A DNA stretch of 63,339 bases, the filler included, from Aduncisulcus paluster (taxonomy: Eukaryota), in assembly GCA_024181965.1 (NCBI GenBank). It is 7 parts of 7 records of this genome, joined end to end, with 100 filler letters (N's around TTAATTAATTAA, not from the genome) between each part and the next. Parts side by side here need not be neighbours in the genome. Positions count along the whole stretch, not along the records: positions 25,954 to 42,137 come from BQXS01010078.1; positions 42,238 to 51,862 come from BQXS01010079.1; 5 more parts are not named here. One strand, 5' to 3'. A program made the translations under genes and the position numbers. Below the pieces are notes generated by a model that saw nothing but the letters and a program-made list of their open reading frames with translations, did not search any database and was not told where the DNA came from. Numbering within the stretch: the first letter of the stretch is position 1; each line of letters begins with the position of its first letter. Of the stretch, positions 34,614 through 45,669 are shown piece after piece.

Positions 34614-35672
34614 ATGTCCGAGCTCATTTCAACTATTGTTAACTGCAAAACGGCTCGTAAAATTTTAGAAGCTGATGATAAATCCAATCTACGCATAAAT
34701 AGCTCCCATATGACTGTTGAAGCATTGCTTTCACTTTTGGATGAACTTAAATCGACATTAGAACATATTCCACTTGTATATATCGATTTACAAGGTGCAA
34801 AAATGCGTTTAAGTCGCCAGCAATCGCAATATGATGTTTCGACCGATTCCACTGTTTATATCATCCCGGAAAAAGAATTTCTCGAGAGAAAAGATCTATT
34901 AAAAGCGTTCAAGGACATAATAATTATTGAAGACCTTGCATTTGATGTGCTATCAAGTTCTCTTCCTGATAAGCTTCTCATTGATGATGGTAAAATCGTT
35001 TTGTCAGAACCTAAATTCAACAAGAAATACGATATCGGAGCCATTTCTGCAATAGTTTCTGTTGGTGGAACTCTAAGGCCGCGTAAAGGCATCAATGCTT
35101 CTCCTCACCCTTTGTCTGGAGGAAAATTGAATCCAAGGGATAAAAAGATTGTTGAAGCAAGTGCAAAATTCCCGTTTGTAGCCTATGCTCTCTCATTTTG
35201 TCAAACTGCAGAAGGCATTGAACATCTTCGCCACACGGCTGAGTCCATCCGTGGAAGTTCTGTGAAGATCGCGGCCAAGATTGAATTGCCACTTTCTCAT
35301 GATATATTGTGTGATATTGCATGCGTCAGTGATAGTATGTGGTTATGTCGAGGTGATTTGGGTTCTCAATTGGGTTTGTCTGGACTTGGAAAATATTTTT
35401 ACGAATATACCCATTCTCTTCCTTTCACATATGGAAAGCCGTCTCAAGCTCATGATACACCAAGAGACATGTCCTGCGAACATATTCTCGCTGGAGAAGT
35501 CCTGGATCATATGGTTTCAAACCCTCTTCCGACAAGAAGTGAAGCTTGCCATGTTTCTGAGCATGTTAGAAACGGAAAATTCGATGGATTGGTCTTGTCA
35601 AATGAAACTGCTTATGGAAAATACGTGAAAGAGGTTGTTACTATGGCCAGAGAGCTGTCATTCAATTTCTGA
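34614..35672 (+). CDS. Short pyruvate kinase-family protein (barrel and B domains only, no C-terminal domain), 352 aa
   Basis: RINSSH, DLQGAKMR, LIDDGKI, RKGIN, LSF, AKIE, RGDLG, PTRSE, LSNETAYGKY; stops right after the barrel. ATG at 34614. Confidence 0.88.
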   Translation: MSELISTIVNCKTARKILEADDKSNLRINSSHMTVEALLSLLDELKSTLEHIPLVYIDLQGAKMRLSRQQSQYDVSTDSTVYIIPEKEFLERKDLLKAFKDIIIIEDLAFDVLSSSLPDKLLIDDGKIVLSEPKFNKKYDIGAISAIVSVGGTLRPRKGINASPHPLSGGKLNPRDKKIVEASAKFPFVAYALSFCQTAEGIEHLRHTAESIRGSSVKIAAKIELPLSHDILCDIACVSDSMWLCRGDLGSQLGLSGLGKYFYEYTHSLPFTYGKPSQAHDTPRDMSCEHILAGEVLDHMVSNPLPTRSEACHVSEHVRNGKFDGLVLSNETAYGKYVKEVVTMARELSFNF

Positions 35673-35862
35673 ATGCCTTCAATCTGATACAACTAATAAA
35701 ACGTTATAAAATAAATAAATTGAATAATTTTTGTTGAAAAAAAATCTATTTAATGGATAAATCGCTTGATTTGATTCCCTCAGAGGAAGAAGGTCTTTGA
35801 AATGATCTTAATTTTTTTTGTGATTGTGATCATCGTTTTTCTTCGTCTCAACATAAATTACA

Positions 35863-36639
35863 ATGCTTTTGGAGTCATTTTTGTTTTGGTTAGTTTATTT
35901 GATTCGAGTTTGGTGGAAATTATCAGGTCCAATCGAGTTTTTAAAGGCTCTTCCCCTCCTAACGATAATTTTGTATTTCCCCAGGATTATATCCTTTAAA
36001 ACGAAACATGAACGTTTTGTTTTTGCAGGATTAATATTTTCTCTTATTGGAGATATCTTTTTGCAACATTCTATCGACAAATTTATCCCAGGTTTGCTCT
36101 CCTTTGCTTGTGCTCATGTATGCTACTGCATTGCCTTTTCAAGCGTTGCCAAATCAAAGTCTCGTCTTGCCGATATCCTTATTCCCGCCATTCCCAGTAT
36201 TTTGATCATGATTCCCTTCGTTAAGACTCTCTTCAATACTAGTCTCTGGTGGCTCTTATTCTTCATGGCCGGATACTGTTTTGTCCTCGCCTCAGCCATG
36301 TGGAGGTCATTCTGTCTTCTCAAAAAGACCAAGGGAGCAAATTGGTTTGGTTTTGTTGGTATGATTTTCTTCTCTACCTCCGATATTATTCTTTCTGTTG
36401 AAAGATTCATCCTCTCAGGAATTCTTAAGGGTCATCCTATCATGGAAACCATTATTATCTCCACGTATTGGCTTGCTCAATGCTTTGTTTCTCATTCTCT
36501 TGTCCCTGAACTGCCCTTGTTCATCTCTTGGTTCTCTGATGTGAAGAAATTCAGAGATATGTACAACAAACGAATTCTTAACATCGATAATATCGAAGCT
36601 GTTAAACAAAGTAAGCCAATTGATGAGAAGGAACAATAG
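35863..36639 (+). CDS. YhhN/TMEM86 family lysoplasmalogenase (258 aa)
   Basis: LKALP, GLIFSLIGDIFL, FIPGLLSFACAHVCY, FSTSDIIL, TYWLAQ; multiple TM segments. Confidence 0.9.
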   Translation: MLLESFLFWLVYLIRVWWKLSGPIEFLKALPLLTIILYFPRIISFKTKHERFVFAGLIFSLIGDIFLQHSIDKFIPGLLSFACAHVCYCIAFSSVAKSKSRLADILIPAIPSILIMIPFVKTLFNTSLWWLLFFMAGYCFVLASAMWRSFCLLKKTKGANWFGFVGMIFFSTSDIILSVERFILSGILKGHPIMETIIISTYWLAQCFVSHSLVPELPLFISWFSDVKKFRDMYNKRILNIDNIEAVKQSKPIDEKEQ

Positions 36640-37159
36640 AATTGTCCAATTTAATAATTTCTAAGTTAACTACTTATTTTTCTCTCTTTTTCTCTGTTTT
36701 TCAGCCATGGGGCGAATCTCCTGATCGTCCACACACTTGAACTCTATTTTCTCGTTAATTTTTGTTTTTTTTCATTGTGTTGTGATTGCGATTCGAGTGA
36801 ATCGCATATTATGCCGAGCAAAATCTTATGAAGAAAATGTGATTCGATTTATTTTCAAATTTTGGATACTTATTGCCGTTTGCTTAGTTGAATAAATTCA
36901 ATTTCATGTTGAACACGTTTTTTTCTCAAAATCAAACGATGAATCACCTACCAGCAAGATGGACCTGTTATCATATGATATCCAAATATTATATATTATT
37001 GGATCAAGATATACTTATGATTATCCATTTATTCGACAATTGTGATAGCATTCTTCCAGATATGAAAGCCACTCATCGAACATCTTTCTTTTTCGGAGTG
37101 CAAACTTCTGTATGCTATAGAACTTCAAAATATTGAATACATAATCAATAATCTTGAAA

Positions 37160-38137
37160 ATGGAAAAGCCTACTTTTAAAATCTCGTTTCCAATAACAGA
37201 GGAAGATATTCCCACCATTACTGAGGCTTTAGAAAGTCAAAAGCGACTTGCTGTCGAAGATTTGTATAGACTTCTTCGCGAAGCCACTGATATCATGAAC
37301 AAGCGTGAAAATATTGCAACAATATCCCTCCCTGTTGGAAAACGGGCTACAGTCATTGGTGACGTTCATGGACAATTTTATGACCTTCTTCACATCATTA
37401 GAAAAGATGGTGGACCATCTGCAGATTGCGTTTACATTTGGAATGGTGATATGATTGATCGTGGTTCATTTGGTGTTGAAATCGTTATTTTGGTTTGTTC
37501 TTACCTCCTTGTGTATCCAGACTCAGTTTATGTGAATCGTGGAAATCACGAATCTCGTTATTGCACCCCTCAATATGGATTTCAATCAGAAGTTGCTCAC
37601 AAATATCCTCAGAGAGATTCCTTTGATCATTTTATCCTCTTTTTTGAATCATTGCCTCTTGCCACCATTGTGAACTCACATACTTTCATTGTTCATGGAG
37701 GACTTCCCAGTGTTGATGGCGTTTCTCTCGCTGACATCAATGGCCTTGACAGACACAGAGAACCCGACGATGATGTGATGGGAAATCTCTTGTGGGCCGA
37801 TCCTTCAGTTACCGAAGGATTTGCTCCCTCTTACAGACCGTTTTGCCAGAGATTTGGACCTGATGTCACCAAGCGTTTCCTGGCTCATAATAAGTTGAAG
37901 AGAGTGATCCGTTCTCACGAAATGGCTCCTTATGGATATAGTGAACCCCATTCCGGCATTCTATACACGCTATTCTCTGCTCCTAAATACATGGGAGTTG
38001 GGGATAACTTGGGAGCTTTTGCCCATTTAACACCTACCTCCACAGGAGATTTAAAGCTTGAATTCGAACCATTTGAAGCCTCTCCTCACCCTGCTGCCCC
38101 TTCATATACGTCTCCTGCCACTTGTGATATTGTATAG
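37160..38137 (+). CDS. PPP-family Ser/Thr phosphatase, PP5-like catalytic domain without TPR (325 aa)
   Basis: GDVHGQFYDL, GDMIDRG, NRGNHE, HGGL, LLWADP, FGPDVT, IRSHE, FSAPKY and a PP5-like tail FEASPHP. Confidence 0.9.
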   Translation: MEKPTFKISFPITEEDIPTITEALESQKRLAVEDLYRLLREATDIMNKRENIATISLPVGKRATVIGDVHGQFYDLLHIIRKDGGPSADCVYIWNGDMIDRGSFGVEIVILVCSYLLVYPDSVYVNRGNHESRYCTPQYGFQSEVAHKYPQRDSFDHFILFFESLPLATIVNSHTFIVHGGLPSVDGVSLADINGLDRHREPDDDVMGNLLWADPSVTEGFAPSYRPFCQRFGPDVTKRFLAHNKLKRVIRSHEMAPYGYSEPHSGILYTLFSAPKYMGVGDNLGAFAHLTPTSTGDLKLEFEPFEASPHPAAPSYTSPATCDIV

Positions 38138-38498
38138 TCATATTTTTCATTATGAAACTCTTATATATCCTCATTTTTTGTTCTGTTGATTATTTTCCTC
38201 AATAAAATCCTTTCATCTTCATGGAATTATGGCTGAACAATCCTATTTTAGAGGAGAACATGCAATTATGGCAATGAAAAAAGGAGAATTATTTCTTGGA
38301 GAGATGACGATTTTTGATTTTGTTTCTAGTCTGTAAATGGAATCCATCTAGAAAATTTCAGTGAAAGAAATTATTATTTGATTCCATAGAGAATTCAATT
38401 TCGATAATTTATTCTTATGTCATGTTAAATTGACGGCGTGGTGATTTTCTTTGGGTTTGGTCACCACCCAAATACAATCTTAGAGCTAAATCGATACA

Positions 38499-40487
38499 AT
38501 GAATAGTACAATGAAGAGTATGACATTAAGTCAAGCACTTGATGTTGTGTATGCGGAGTTTTCTCAATTCGAACTTGAACGCGCAAGATGGAAGGCTGAG
38601 AAAGATATATTAGTTGCAAGAAATAACGAATTGAAAGCAGAATTAAGTATCAGCAAAGCTACTGAGATTCGCTTAATGCAAGAAATTAAAGCATTAGAAT
38701 CGGCCTTATTATCGGAACGAGGAAAGAACAAGAAAGAAGAGCCCCCATCTGATACCCCCGCACTACCAAGAGGTCATTTAACATCAAAGTATTCCATTGA
38801 ATCCCGTAATATTCAACTTCATATGTCAAAGTTGCAATCAGCCTACAAAAAGAGTAGAGCTACACTCTCTTCATTGGCAAAAGATGCCATTGATGCCGTA
38901 AAAGGAATTAAAGAACCCGTTGGATTAGTTATTTCAACTGAACCCATAGAAAGTCATGAAGAGCAACCTCCCATTCCAGACATTGAGAAAAAAGAACCCA
39001 CATCCGTCCCTTCTCCAGACAATACCGGTGAAAATATGAAAATGAATGGATTATTGCTGAAAGAGAAAGAGATTAGGATGAAACAAAAAAGCATGTCCTC
39101 TCCTGATACATTGGACCAAACTAAAGATTCAAGCATTAAACAAGTCATTGAGCCCATACAATCTATTCTACCCGATGCTGGCTCCACATCAGCGCCATCA
39201 TCTTTCCCTTCTTCCTCATCCAGCATTTCCGATGCAGATCAACGCGAAGATATTACCAAAACACCTCCTCCCATGTTACCTCAAAGTTCTGAGCCCGAAC
39301 AACTTCCCATTCATTCGGTTCCTCAAACAGAATCGCTCTCTCTTACTGGTACAGCTGTGAGCCATCAACTCGATCAAACAATCCACACCCGTAAACTTAA
39401 TACATGTGCTCATTTCAAAGGACATTATAGCTCTGTTAGGGCTGTTGAATGGGTTGATGCTCAGCCATCTGTTTCATCATCACCATATCTTCTCACTGGT
39501 GGAGATGATGGCGTTGTCCGACTCTGGGGCACCACATCATCCACGTTACAACCTCACAATGTCAAAACTTTCTCAGAATTTATATTTTCATTCCGTGGAC
39601 ATTCCTCCCCAGTCCTTTCCCTCTCCGTGTCTCCTCTTGATTCATACACCAACAAACGTTTCATCACCGGAGATGTGGATGGTGTTGTGAATGTGTGGGA
39701 GATCCCATCTGTACCTCGTCCTTATTGTCCTTATATTAAGCACACCCGTGCACACGTGTCTCGAATGAAGTTCCATTCCGATGCTGTATGGGGTGTTGTA
39801 TCCCATCCCACCATGCCATTTGGATGCAGTGTATCATGTGACTGCACTATGGCACTCTTCTCCCTGCATCGCCAAGAAGAGCGAGAGTCCTCGAAGGGAC
39901 CATTACTCTCCTCGACCACTCTTGCGGTGCCTTCCTACGGGATGAAAGGGCTCACCCCTTCTTCTCTATCGATCGTTGGCGAGGCATCCAATTCCATGTG
40001 TGTCGGATGCGTGTGTGACTCTCTCTGTGAGACGGGAGGAAACGTACTCCAGGTCGATGCCAAGAGTGGCCGTCTGAGTGTTACGAATGCTCCAACGGTG
40101 GGTGATATTACTAAACCTGTGAGTGTGTATGACGTGTGCAAAGGATATGAGGATGAGAGCGCTGTATGTGCTTGTAGTGATAAGACTGTCAAACTAATTG
40201 ATTTTAGAACTAAAAAGCATCAACAATCATTCCCATTGCTTCCAGGCATTCCCACATGCGTGAGTATTGACAGTGGAGGAAGATACTATGTCGTCGGATG
40301 TGCTGATAAGTGCGGGTCTGTGTGTGTTATCGATTCTCGCTATTCCAATAGAATCGTATGTGTTGCCGAGTTACATAATAGAAATTGGGACGAAGGGGTT
40401 ACAGCATTAAAGATTAGGCCCGATAGTTTAAATATTGCTTCGGCTGGTGCAGATGGTGTTGTTACTATCAGTCAATTGTCTCAATGA
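38499..40487 (+). CDS. Striatin family WD40 protein (STRIPAK scaffold), 662 aa
   Basis: N-terminal EFSQFELERARWKAEK...IKALESALLSERGK matches the striatin coiled coil; C-terminal WD40 repeats (TGGDDGVVRLW, HSDAVWGV, ASAGADG). Confidence 0.88.
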   Translation: MNSTMKSMTLSQALDVVYAEFSQFELERARWKAEKDILVARNNELKAELSISKATEIRLMQEIKALESALLSERGKNKKEEPPSDTPALPRGHLTSKYSIESRNIQLHMSKLQSAYKKSRATLSSLAKDAIDAVKGIKEPVGLVISTEPIESHEEQPPIPDIEKKEPTSVPSPDNTGENMKMNGLLLKEKEIRMKQKSMSSPDTLDQTKDSSIKQVIEPIQSILPDAGSTSAPSSFPSSSSSISDADQREDITKTPPPMLPQSSEPEQLPIHSVPQTESLSLTGTAVSHQLDQTIHTRKLNTCAHFKGHYSSVRAVEWVDAQPSVSSSPYLLTGGDDGVVRLWGTTSSTLQPHNVKTFSEFIFSFRGHSSPVLSLSVSPLDSYTNKRFITGDVDGVVNVWEIPSVPRPYCPYIKHTRAHVSRMKFHSDAVWGVVSHPTMPFGCSVSCDCTMALFSLHRQEERESSKGPLLSSTTLAVPSYGMKGLTPSSLSIVGEASNSMCVGCVCDSLCETGGNVLQVDAKSGRLSVTNAPTVGDITKPVSVYDVCKGYEDESAVCACSDKTVKLIDFRTKKHQQSFPLLPGIPTCVSIDSGGRYYVVGCADKCGSVCVIDSRYSNRIVCVAELHNRNWDEGVTALKIRPDSLNIASAGADGVVTISQLSQ

Positions 40488-40635
40488 TCTACATATGCAC
40501 AGGGTGTTATTTTAAATAAATTAATTTTCATTTATGTTGCACATATTATTAATATTCTATATCATTATAATCCTCACAGCTCCTATTCGCCCATTAAATA
40601 AAAATGAATTGAATTGACACAATGAATGATTACAT

Positions 40636-42137
40636 ATGAGTCAAAAGAAACAAATTGCTCTTAATTTTAAACATGTATGTTTTTTTAACCCAATATATTT
40701 CGAATTTAGCATTTATATAGCCGGAATTTTTATTTGACGTTTATATTCCTATATTGTGATTTAATTTTCATATAATGAATATATTTCCAATTTAAATCCC
40801 ATTTAACATAACTATTTTAGTCTGTGAAGAAGTTCTTCCAATCTCTCCACCCCATAGAAAAGAAAGTTGTCTTTGACGACCAACGGACATTCAGAATTGA
40901 TTTTATTGACAAGATTACTGATAAAATAGCCAATGAAATGGTTGAAATAGAATGCAGAACACTTGGTGAACCTATTCTAAAAGTTCTAATGGAAAATCCT
41001 GTAACTATGAAGAAAAAGATGATCGAAGATAGAGAATGTTTTACATTTGCAATATTTTCTGATTCGCCAATAACCACTGGTCCGCAGTGTTGTCGAGGCG
41101 GTGCTGTTGATCCTGCCTCTAAACCTCGTCCTCTAACCCAAATCGAATCTATTCTTCAATTATCCAGAAAAGCAGCAATGAAAGGCCGTGTACCAGAACA
41201 TTTAAGTTCATTTTTTTCGCATAATTCTTCATTTCCATCCAAAAGACATTCTTCAACATCTATATCAAAGCCCCACCACATTTCTCCTCATTCCCATCAA
41301 CATGAGCCATTTCATTTTAAATTTGAATTTAAACCAGATTCTCCAGATAATATCCCATATAAATTGCGTACATCAGGATCTTTTAAATCAGATACGAGAC
41401 GTGAGCTCACAATTCCTGATAGCACTGCTTCCATAGAGTGTGAACAAGATATGAAATCATTTATTTATCCCAATTCAAATCATTTGATTGCGTCCGATCA
41501 AAGAAGTCACCAACATGAAAAAGAGCATCTTTTGCCAATAGATCCCGTGGATGATGATCATCGAGAAAAAAAACCTAAACCTAAACCAATCATGATTTCC
41601 TTTGCCCGCTGTGTTCTCCAAGAGTGTTATGGGAAGATTTGTGTGCTTATTCCAGATTTTTTTGTCCGTTGTAAACATTTTTCAAGGAAAGGTCTTGGTA
41701 AAAAAATGCTTGAAATAATCAGAAGATGTATCTTTGGCTTACCCATTGGACTCTATGTCTTCAAAACAAATGTAAAAGCGTATAAATTCTATTTAAAACA
41801 CGGGTTTGATGTAATACCGGTCTTTCCTCTATCTTCTTCACAGGCAGATTCTATTGTACCTCCCTCTTCCTCCTCTTCTTCCTCTTCCTCTTCCTCCTCT
41901 TCTTCCTTGACTCAAGAACCCGTTACATCGATAATTGAGAGTGGTATTCACCAATCATCACTCTCTCCAACTTGCACTCCTCCCTCCTCCTCTACATCTT
42001 CAATGTCCTCCTCTTCCTCTGCTCCATTGATGCAAGAGAGTACTCTAAGTTCTGTTGATGATGTTATTTCGACATCATTGGACTTTGATAGTGATTCTCA
42101 TGGTCCTCGTGGAATGACAAAAGATCAAAAAGATCAA
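40636..42137 (+). CDS. GNAT-family acetyltransferase (NatD/Naa40-like motifs); exons 40636-40674 and 40821-; 3'-truncated
   Basis: SRKGLGKKML and LYVFKTNVKAYKFYLKHGF are GNAT motifs A and B; splicing gives MSQKKQIALNFKH/SVKKFFQ in frame. Confidence 0.7.
40675..40820 (+). other. Spliceosomal intron, 146 nt, phase 0
   Basis: GTATGT donor, TTTAAC branch-like motif near the ATTTTAG acceptor; supplies the missing ATG exon. Confidence 0.75.
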
Positions 42138-42237
42138 NNNNNNNNNNNNNNNNNNNNNNNNNNNNNNNNNNNNNNNNNNNNTTAATTAATTAANNNNNNN
42201 NNNNNNNNNNNNNNNNNNNNNNNNNNNNNNNNNNNNN
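42138..42237. other. Artificial scaffold-concatenation linker
   Basis: N44-TTAATTAATTAA-N44. Confidence 0.97.
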
Positions 42238-42439
42238 CATTGGTTCCACAAGTGTAGAGTTCTCCATCTGATGTCACAAAGGCAACGATGGTAATATTGG
42301 CAGAAATATCAATTGCATGCTCAGCGGCAGGATGAGTAACAGGAGCATGAAAACACACATCCATCTCAGAATCGACATATTTTGCAGGAATGCCCATAAA
42401 GTTACTGGCTTTACCACAAAAATACACCGTTTTGGGCAT
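42238..42439 (-). CDS. RCC1/BLIP-II repeat protein, N-terminal fragment
   Basis: AIDISAN...AFVTSDGELYTCGTN is an RCC1-type repeat; runs into the linker. Confidence 0.65.
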
Positions 42440-42813
42440 TTTGATACGGACGATAAGTCTACTTCGGAAAGAAACATGAACATCAAAAAAAACAAAAACT
42501 CAACATTGCCAGTGTCAAGGATATATGCTTTCATCAGCCGAAATGATATGAATAATAACTTGGAAATCGATTATTTTTACTAAAAAAATAACAACAAAAA
42601 AACAACAAGACAGGAATAACCGTTACAAGAGGGTGGAAGTGACTTAGAATATCTTTCAATCTGAAAATGAACAATACAATAAGCTAAAAAAAGAAAAAGG
42701 ACTTGCGAGAATCAATTATATAACAAGAATGGTCCCTTAACGAGCATATTTCCCACGCTCTTCGGCATATTGTTTATCGGCGAGATGGATGTTAAACTAA
42801 TGCTAATTTGTAA

Positions 42814-44742
42814 TTATTCGGTCCAAGAAAACTCTTCTTTGGAAATACCAATCTTAAAATTCACAGAAGACACTTCAGAAGGATCGACTCCTTCACAATC
42901 AACAACATTCACACACCGAATACTCTTAGACCCACGTAGTCCCCCACAAATAGCTGCCAATCCAGAACTACCAATGGGATTGCCTGATATGAAGAATTTG
43001 TTGAGTTTTGTGAGACGATACAATACAGATGAAATTGCTACAATACCTTCACATCCAATATTACAGTAGATAATGGCAAGAGTGGACAAATTACGGTTGA
43101 AGTCCAACATTTTTGCCAGTTTTCGGCAAAGGTCAGGGTCAAGACTAACCCTTGATACTACAAAAGACGACAACATTGGAAGGTTTGGCAAAAAGTCCAA
43201 AATACCATTCAGCAGATGAATATGTTGTTTGACAGGGATCATGCCAAAATCAAGCTTAAGATCCGTAGTGACTCCACAATTAAGAAGAATATTGGGGTAT
43301 CCAAGTTGTGAAAAGGCATATACACAAAATGACAATCTCTCAGGGTGGATAGTAACCTCAGAGATATCTTTGATAGGAATAAAGGGAGGTGGGCGAGCAA
43401 ACTTCTTAACTGAAGGAGTAGATGAATCACCAGCTTCTTCTTCAGTATAAAAAGGAACATCTTCAGGGATCTTTGGAGGAGGGAGATGGCAGCTCGGTGC
43501 GGTCTGCATTGTTGCTTGCTGAGCAATAGGTTGCTGCATCCCAGAGATATCGGGATATATAGCTCCCTCATCGGGCATATGAGGAACTGATGGAAGTGAG
43601 TGCGATGGAACCTCTTCTTCATGCGTCAAAGGTTGAATCATGGACTCATTTGACTCAGATGGAATTGAAGGTTGGGGAACTTGGATTGTGGAAGCAGAAA
43701 CAATCATCCCAGTACCGCCCATCGCAACACTTTCTTTACATAGCTGTGCTTGTTGCTGAGTGGTATCTTGATTTCCTGCCAATGACAAGCCCATATCTCC
43801 AGACACACCCATCGAAACCATAGTAGTATCGATAGAAGGTGCAGATGGCATTTCTGGATGAGGATATGATTGAGATGAGGGAATTGCATCGACAGCTTTC
43901 TGCCATTCACCACTTGTTCCAAATTCTTCAGGAGCAGTGGGTAGTTCTTTATCTTGACTCATAAAAGCCCTATTAGTACTTTGTCCGTGGGAGAGAAGCA
44001 TTGATGGATCCGAGATCATTTTTTTTTCACTTTCTATCCTTCCTGGCTGAACATATTCAGCAGCTTGAGACTGCATCCCACCAGTTGAGGAGATATCTCC
44101 AGATTGAGGACCCATTGGTTGGTTCGAAACTATTGTAGAAACATGAGATTTAAGATCATCCTCTTTAACAGGTTCTATCTTATCCGAAGAGACTACTTGA
44201 GATGGGAGGGAAGGGAAACCACCAACGGATTCTTTTGGCAGTTTAGCTTCCATAGCAATAATTCTATTTATGAGGTGGGCATTTTCTTCAAGCATTGAAC
44301 GTTTCATAGTTTCTATAATTCCCTCAAGACCTTCAATTTTTTTTTCAAACTGCTGAATAGTCCCTTCCATCAATTTAATTTTTTCAGACAAGCCTTGGAT
44401 AATAACAGAAGAAGATTCTTGGGTTGAAGTAGAACTTGGGTGAACAGGTTGAGATGCTGCCATCATCTGAGGTTGAGAGATTGAAGCAGAACTAGAACTA
44501 GCACCATAGGTCCCTTGAGAAGAGGGAATGGGTTGTGGTTGAGTGGGTACCGAAGTCATTGGAACTTGAGAACTTCCGTACATTCCTTGGGTGGGATACT
44601 GTGGTTGTGACATGTATCCTTGGGGATTAGGTTGGGTAGGCCCCGTAGGAAATCCATGAGTTGGGACAGGATAACTTCCAGAACCCCAATACTGTTTTTG
44701 ACCAGTGGGAAGAGGTTGAGTAAATTGACTATAGAAGGACAT
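42814..44742 (-). CDS. Pro/Gln/Ser-rich protein with short coiled coil and C-terminal RI-type LRRs (642 aa)
   Basis: LAKMLDFNRNLSTLAIIYCNIGCEGIVAI and LNKFFISGNPIGSSGLAAI are 28-residue RI-like repeats; first ATG at 44742. Confidence 0.8.
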   Translation of the reverse strand: MSFYSQFTQPLPTGQKQYWGSGSYPVPTHGFPTGPTQPNPQGYMSQPQYPTQGMYGSSQVPMTSVPTQPQPIPSSQGTYGASSSSASISQPQMMAASQPVHPSSTSTQESSSVIIQGLSEKIKLMEGTIQQFEKKIEGLEGIIETMKRSMLEENAHLINRIIAMEAKLPKESVGGFPSLPSQVVSSDKIEPVKEDDLKSHVSTIVSNQPMGPQSGDISSTGGMQSQAAEYVQPGRIESEKKMISDPSMLLSHGQSTNRAFMSQDKELPTAPEEFGTSGEWQKAVDAIPSSQSYPHPEMPSAPSIDTTMVSMGVSGDMGLSLAGNQDTTQQQAQLCKESVAMGGTGMIVSASTIQVPQPSIPSESNESMIQPLTHEEEVPSHSLPSVPHMPDEGAIYPDISGMQQPIAQQATMQTAPSCHLPPPKIPEDVPFYTEEEAGDSSTPSVKKFARPPPFIPIKDISEVTIHPERLSFCVYAFSQLGYPNILLNCGVTTDLKLDFGMIPVKQHIHLLNGILDFLPNLPMLSSFVVSRVSLDPDLCRKLAKMLDFNRNLSTLAIIYCNIGCEGIVAISSVLYRLTKLNKFFISGNPIGSSGLAAICGGLRGSKSIRCVNVVDCEGVDPSEVSSVNFKIGISKEEFSWTE

Positions 44743-45045
44743 GTTGAGCAAAATCGATAGTGGATTTCGACTCCATCATCTCTTCATAAAATAATAATTT
44801 TCATTAAAAAGAATGCTCAAAAATCCCCCAAAAAGATAAATTTATTTTTTCATTATATTTCACCCAGCAAAAGCCAGCAGAAATGGCCAGGCTGGTAAGA
44901 AATAAATACAGAAAACAACAACATTCCCAAGAAGAGAAATAAAAAAAATTATTTATGATAGACATATCTATAAATATAAATTCAATAAGATCATTAGAAT
45001 CACCAGAATAACAGCTGTGATGACAAATTCAACGGCTTAAGACTG

Positions 45046-45669
45046 AACAACAGAGACAAAAAACAAAGGTATCGCCATAAAATTGATCTTGAGGTGAAAA
45101 GAAGGGACAATTGTGAATTTAATTTGTGTAAACTCCCACGAGTGAAAAAAAAATAATAATAGTGAATTGTACCACTCACAAAGCGAGCAAGACATTCATA
45201 AACTCTCCTATTCCTCTTTATCATCTTCTTTTTTCAACACGATATTACCTAAAAGACGAACAGCATAGTAATAAACATCAGCAATCCGACATCCAATCCA
45301 TTTAAATTTTCCAAGCTTGAGGTCACTGCTTCTGTACATGATGGCTCNNNNNNNNNNNNNNNNNNNNAACAACAGAGACAAAAAACAAAGGTATCGCCAT
45401 AAAATTGATCTTGAGGTGAAAAGAAGGGACAATTGTGAATTTAATTTGTGTAAACTCCCACGAGTGAAAAAAAAATAATAATAGTGAATTGTACCACTCA
45501 CAAAGCGAGCAAGACATTCATAAACTCTCCTATTCCTCTTTATCATCTTCTTTTTTCAACACGATATTACCTAAAAGACGAACAGCATAGTAATAAACAT
45601 CAGCAATCCGACATCCAATCCATTTAAATTTTCCAAGCTTGAGGTCACTGCTTCTGTACATGATGGCTC
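45046..45669. repeat. Gap-flanking duplication (45046-45347 = 45368-45669)
   Basis: 302-bp copies around 20 N; creates a false second 3' end of the PLA2-like gene. Confidence 0.9.

Noticed and set aside
36787..36806. 8-bp hairpin TGCGATTC-GAGT-GAATCGCA in a spacer
   Set aside because: Isolated, with no supporting boxes; could arise by chance.
41861..41907. (TCTTCC)n microsatellite
   Set aside because: Simply encodes a poly-Ser tract within the GNAT gene.
45229..45347. Second copy of the PLA2-like gene 3' end
   Set aside because: Part of the gap-flanking duplication, most likely an assembly artefact.
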